The notes beneath the pieces were generated by a model, which saw nothing but the letters and a program-made list of their open reading frames with translations, was not told the origin of the DNA and searched no databases. From Candidatus Asgardarchaeum abyssi (lineage in GTDB: Archaea; Asgardarchaeota; Asgardarchaeia; Asgardarchaeales; Asgardarchaeaceae): a stretch of 19,878 nt of DNA. The position numbers were made by a program, and so were the translations under genes. The stretch lies in contig JBECUL010000041.1 of NCBI GenBank assembly GCA_040225955.1, positions 1 through 19,878 of the forward strand, written 5' to 3'. Each line of letters starts with the position of its first letter. Positions within the stretch are counted from its first letter, which is position 1. Shown here piece after piece: positions 16,789-19,878 of this stretch.

Positions 16789-18159
16789 AATCTCTTTCCT
16801 CCATTGAGTGATCTTTCTTCTCAAAAATGATATAGCATTCTCTGTTTGTTTAATAGCAGTACCAATATAGTTCTCTGGTTTTAGAGCATGGTCTAGATCT
16901 TCTTCCGAGACTAATTTTCTAATATCATCCATTTCAAGAAGGCAATCCTTAAAGGGCTTTTGATACTCTACAGCATTCATCGCTGCAATTCTTATCAATT
17001 CATGTGCTTTCTGTCTTGGCAATCCTTTTTCAACTAAAAGGGTAAGCACGCTTTCTGATAAGTTTAAACCTTGTGTGAGGTAAAGATTCTTCTTTACATT
17101 TGCTTCATTTACTTTTAGCGTTTTCAAGATTTTAATCATCAATGAAAGAATATAATCCGTCAAAATAACCACATGTGGTATTATTATTCTTTCTGATGAC
17201 GAGTTTGTTAAGTCTCTTTCATGCCATAGTGGTATGTTTTCAAGTGATGAAAACGCTAAGTATCTTATTACTCTTGAAATCCCACAAATTCTTTCAGATT
17301 TTATAGGGTTTCTCTTACTAGGCATGGCGCTGGATCCAACTTGTTTTCTCTTCTCAAAAAATTCTTCTACCTCTCCTATCTCTGTTCTCTGAAGGTTTCT
17401 TATCTCTGTTGCAATTTTTTCTAAAGTTGATGCAATAAGTGCTAGAAGCAATAAAAACTCGGCATGTCTATCTCTCTGCAATATTTGTGTTGTAACTAGT
17501 GGCACTTGTAGTCCTAGTTTTTCTAGAGTTATTCTCTGAATCTCTATTCCTTTTTCTCCTAGCGCTGCTTGGGTTCCTGTAGCTCCTGTAATTTTACCTA
17601 CTAAAATTCGTCGCTTTGCCTCAATGAAACGTTCAATGTGCCGTCCTATCTCTGCTGCATATACTGAAAACTTTAATCCGTATGTAATTGGATTTGCATG
17701 TTGTCCATGCGTTCTTCCAACAGCGACTAACTCCTTATATCTTTCACTAAGCTCTAATAATGTACTTTCCAATTCAATAAGTTTTTCACCGATTATTTGG
17801 TAAGCCTCTTTCAATTGCAGTGCGAGTGCTGTATCCTTAATGTCATTGGAGGTTACCCCTAAATGAACATAAGGTTGGGCATATTCCTCACACACTTCGG
17901 TAAGAGCACGCACCATTGCCATTAGATCGTGCTGGATTTCTCTCTCTATTTCTTTTACTCTCTCTAATTTAACATACTCTAATGATGCTTTTTTCGTAAT
18001 TTCATCTGCTGCCTCTTTTGGTATGTTTCCTACTTCTGCATGAGCTTGTGCTAGAGCAGCTTCTACTTCCAACCATTTTCTTAATGTATTCTCTTCTGAA
18101 AATATTTTAATCATTTCTGGGAGGGCGTATCTCATCGTGTCAATGGGGCAAACTGTCAT
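16774..18159 (-). CDS. purB: Adenylosuccinate lyase
   Basis: HDLMA, HLGVTSND, GRTHGQHA, GSSAMPSKRNP fumarase-family signature, WHERDL. Start at ATG 18159 (AGGTGG SD) or GTG 18168. Confidence 0.96.
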   Translation of the reverse strand: MTVCPIDTMRYALPEMIKIFSEENTLRKWLEVEAALAQAHAEVGNIPKEAADEITKKASLEYVKLERVKEIEREIQHDLMAMVRALTEVCEEYAQPYVHLGVTSNDIKDTALALQLKEAYQIIGEKLIELESTLLELSERYKELVAVGRTHGQHANPITYGLKFSVYAAEIGRHIERFIEAKRRILVGKITGATGTQAALGEKGIEIQRITLEKLGLQVPLVTTQILQRDRHAEFLLLLALIASTLEKIATEIRNLQRTEIGEVEEFFEKRKQVGSSAMPSKRNPIKSERICGISRVIRYLAFSSLENIPLWHERDLTNSSSERIIIPHVVILTDYILSLMIKILKTLKVNEANVKKNLYLTQGLNLSESVLTLLVEKGLPRQKAHELIRIAAMNAVEYQKPFKDCLLEMDDIRKLVSEEDLDHALKPENYIGTAIKQTENAISFLRRKITQWRKEILNSS

Positions 18160-18274
18160 ATTGACCACCTACATTTATATAATTTAAAAAAGTGATTTAC
18201 ATACTTATGTAATGGAGCAATAGAATAAACATTCTCATTTGTTAAAAATTTTGTTAACTAAGAAACTGTAGGAG

Positions 18275-19354
18275 ATGCATGATTTAATGAGAACGGGCAT
18301 CTTCTATCATGAAAAATTCTTGGAACATAAGCCAAATTACAATCATCCTGAAAATCCAATGAGACTTAACTATATAATTGAAAAATATCATGCAAGTGTT
18401 GATGATAAGATTAAGAAAAATCATGACTGGATAACTCCTACCTCTGTGTCTGAAGAAATAATATTACTTGTCCATCCAAAGGGTCATATAGAGCGTGTAA
18501 AGAAGTTAAGTGAAGTTGGCGGGGGCTTCATGGACGACGGAGAAACCTATATATCTTCTGGGACTTATGAAGCTGCTATGCTAGCCGTTGGCGCTTGCAT
18601 AAATGCTATAAAAATGATTCTTGATGGAAAAATATCAAATGCATTCGCCTTAGTAAGACCGCCGGGGCATCACGCGTCTCATGAGATTTCAGAAGGGTTC
18701 TGTATATTTAATAATATTGCAATAGCTGCGAAATATTTGATAGAGATCCGTAAATTGAAGCGAGTTGTCATAGTAGATATTGATGCGCATCACGGAAATG
18801 GGACACAAGATATATTTTATTGCGATCCTAACGTATTATATATTGGTTTTCATCAAGACCCAAGAACACTATATCCAGGTACAGGTTTTCCTACTGAAGT
18901 GGGCGAAGGAGAGGGTAAAGGATTTACTGTAAATATTCCTATGCCACCTACAGCTACTGATAAACATTATTTAATGGCATTTAATGAAATAGTTTTTCCT
19001 ATAGTTCTTCAATTTAGTCCCGATTTTGTATTAGTTTCTGCAGGCTTCGACGCTCATTTTTATGATCCACTAACTAATTTGCGTTTAACATCACAAGGAT
19101 ATGGAAAAATTGCGAAAAAAATCAAGGAGTTATCCATAAAGAGTGCTCATGGAAGATTACTTTATGTGCTAGAAGGCGGTTATCATCCAAATGGATTATC
19201 TAATAGTGCAGTAAATTCAATAACTGTAATGTCCGATGATATAATACCTCTTAAGGACACATTTCCCATAAAACATAGCGAACATGTAGATAGTTACGTT
19301 AAAAGATTAATTAGAAATATTAAAAATATTCACAAAAAGTATTGGAATTTTTAA
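18275..19354 (+). CDS. Zn-dependent histone deacetylase superfamily protein (class II-like/HDAH type)
   Basis: HPENP.RL, RPPGHHA, GFC.FNN, DIDAHHGNGTQ, YPGTG, SAGFDAH, LEGGY (catalytic Tyr present). Confidence 0.94.
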   Translation: MHDLMRTGIFYHEKFLEHKPNYNHPENPMRLNYIIEKYHASVDDKIKKNHDWITPTSVSEEIILLVHPKGHIERVKKLSEVGGGFMDDGETYISSGTYEAAMLAVGACINAIKMILDGKISNAFALVRPPGHHASHEISEGFCIFNNIAIAAKYLIEIRKLKRVVIVDIDAHHGNGTQDIFYCDPNVLYIGFHQDPRTLYPGTGFPTEVGEGEGKGFTVNIPMPPTATDKHYLMAFNEIVFPIVLQFSPDFVLVSAGFDAHFYDPLTNLRLTSQGYGKIAKKIKELSIKSAHGRLLYVLEGGYHPNGLSNSAVNSITVMSDDIIPLKDTFPIKHSEHVDSYVKRLIRNIKNIHKKYWNF

Positions 19355-19367
19355 TATTAAGAAAATA

Positions 19368-19454
19368 AGCCGCAGGGGGGATTTGAACCCCCGACCAACG
19401 GATTTCTTTCTAATGATACAAGTCCGTCGCTCTGCCGGGCTGAGCTACTGCGGC
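19368..19454 (-). tRNA. tRNA-Thr(UGU) with a 13-nt intron at 37/38 (19404-19416)
   Basis: Minus strand: GCCGCAG..CTGCGGC with U73; ACGGA-CT-TGT-A|TCATTAGAAAGAA|A-TCCGT; T-loop TTCAAAT. Confidence 0.93.
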
Positions 19455-19468
19455 ATAAATAAAGAAAA

Positions 19469-19586
19469 TGCCGAGGCCGGGCTTCGAACCCGGGACCTCT
19501 GGATCTCTCATCCGACCCTATATTCCGTGGGCATGCACCCACGGGATTATGAGTCCAGCGCTCTAACCAGGCTGAGCTACCTCGGC
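19469..19586 (-). tRNA. Elongator tRNA-Met(CAU) with a 43-nt intron at 37/38 (19505-19547)
   Basis: Minus strand: GCCGAGG..CCTCGGC with A73 (G1-C72, so not the initiator); CTGGA-CT-CAT-A|intron|A-TCCAG. Canonical BHB: central CUCA/UGAG helix, bulges UAA and AGA, outer UCC/GGA. Confidence 0.93.
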
Positions 19587-19621
19587 AATTATATTCTGTT
19601 ATATGAGTTTCTATTTTTCAA

Positions 19622-19634
19622 CTTAAATTTTTCG
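19622..19634 (-). promoter_or_regulatory. BRE-TATA promoter of the tRNA-Met/tRNA-Thr pair
   Basis: Minus strand CGAAAAA-TTTAAG about 36 nt upstream of mature tRNA-Met. Confidence 0.6.
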
Positions 19635-19834
19635 TTTCTATCAGTACTTCCGCACTATTTTCGAAATGAGTACGCTCCCTAGACACCAAGATCCGCCTCA
19701 ATCCTCCATGAATTTTCAAAATTCCCCAATAAAAAATATTCCGCGCACACACCAAAAAGTCATGTGAAAGCATCGTACGCATCAAATATTAGAATAACCA
19801 GTAGACATCACAATCACAAGTCATATTGCTATCA

Positions 19835-19878
19835 TCACCGGCGGCGGCCAGCTCTCACGCTCACACTTGTACGGGATA
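19835..19878 (-). ncRNA. Possible 3' end of a structural RNA (5S rRNA-like), truncated by the window edge
   Basis: Abrupt GC-rich stretch. Minus strand reads ..GCGUGAGAGCUGGCCGCCGCCGGUGA, resembling 5S 3' ends (..GUGAGAGUAGGNCGCCGCCAG). Only about 44 nt are visible. Confidence 0.3.

Noticed and set aside
9815-19397. 23-nt inverted match TGGTCGGGGGTTCAAATCCCCCC between tRNA-Pro and tRNA-Thr as att sites
   Set aside because: Ordinary T-arm conservation between two complete tRNAs; no integrase, and core genes lie between them.
19357-19682. ORF-track entries of 61 aa and 99 aa
   Set aside because: They overlap the two tRNA genes.
19641-19838. Box C/D sRNA (GUGAUGA near 19838, CUGA near 19644 on the minus strand)
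   Set aside because: The boxes are about 190 nt apart and the internal C'/D' spacing does not fit the usual 50-60 nt archaeal guide.
19798-19878. Plus-strand reading ..HIAIITGGGQLSR.., resembling a nucleotide-binding glycine loop
   Set aside because: In-frame TAA at 19795 with no start codon before the motif, and codon usage unlike the host. Probably coincidence, though a gene fragment cannot be excluded.

Overview
AT-rich archaeal chromosomal segment with GGTGA/GGAG Shine-Dalgarno motifs and very GC-rich tRNA stems. This suggests a thermophile; a TACK/Asgard-type lineage is plausible but is inference only. It is almost entirely housekeeping. In order: valS (minus strand, runs off the left edge, missed by the ORF track), divergent aspS-alaS, a full-length Lrp/AsnC regulator coupled to a stand-alone RAM-domain gene, a MoxR AAA+/VWA pair, tRNA-Leu(CAG), tRNA-Pro(GGG), a PfkB kinase and argF, a gins23-mcm-hel308 operon, purB, a Zn-dependent HDAC-family deacetylase, and intron-containing tRNA-Thr(UGU) and elongator tRNA-Met(CAU). 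The right edge is a GC-rich, probably RNA-coding fragment. I see no mobile element, CRISPR array or defence system. The best candidates for something undescribed are the orphan MoxR-VWA module (non-canonical Walker B 'NE', possible two-state structured 5' leader), the Lrp + demi-Lrp pair beside three aminoacyl-tRNA synthetases, an AspRS with mixed discriminating/non-discriminating signature residues, and the unexplained right-edge RNA-like sequence.
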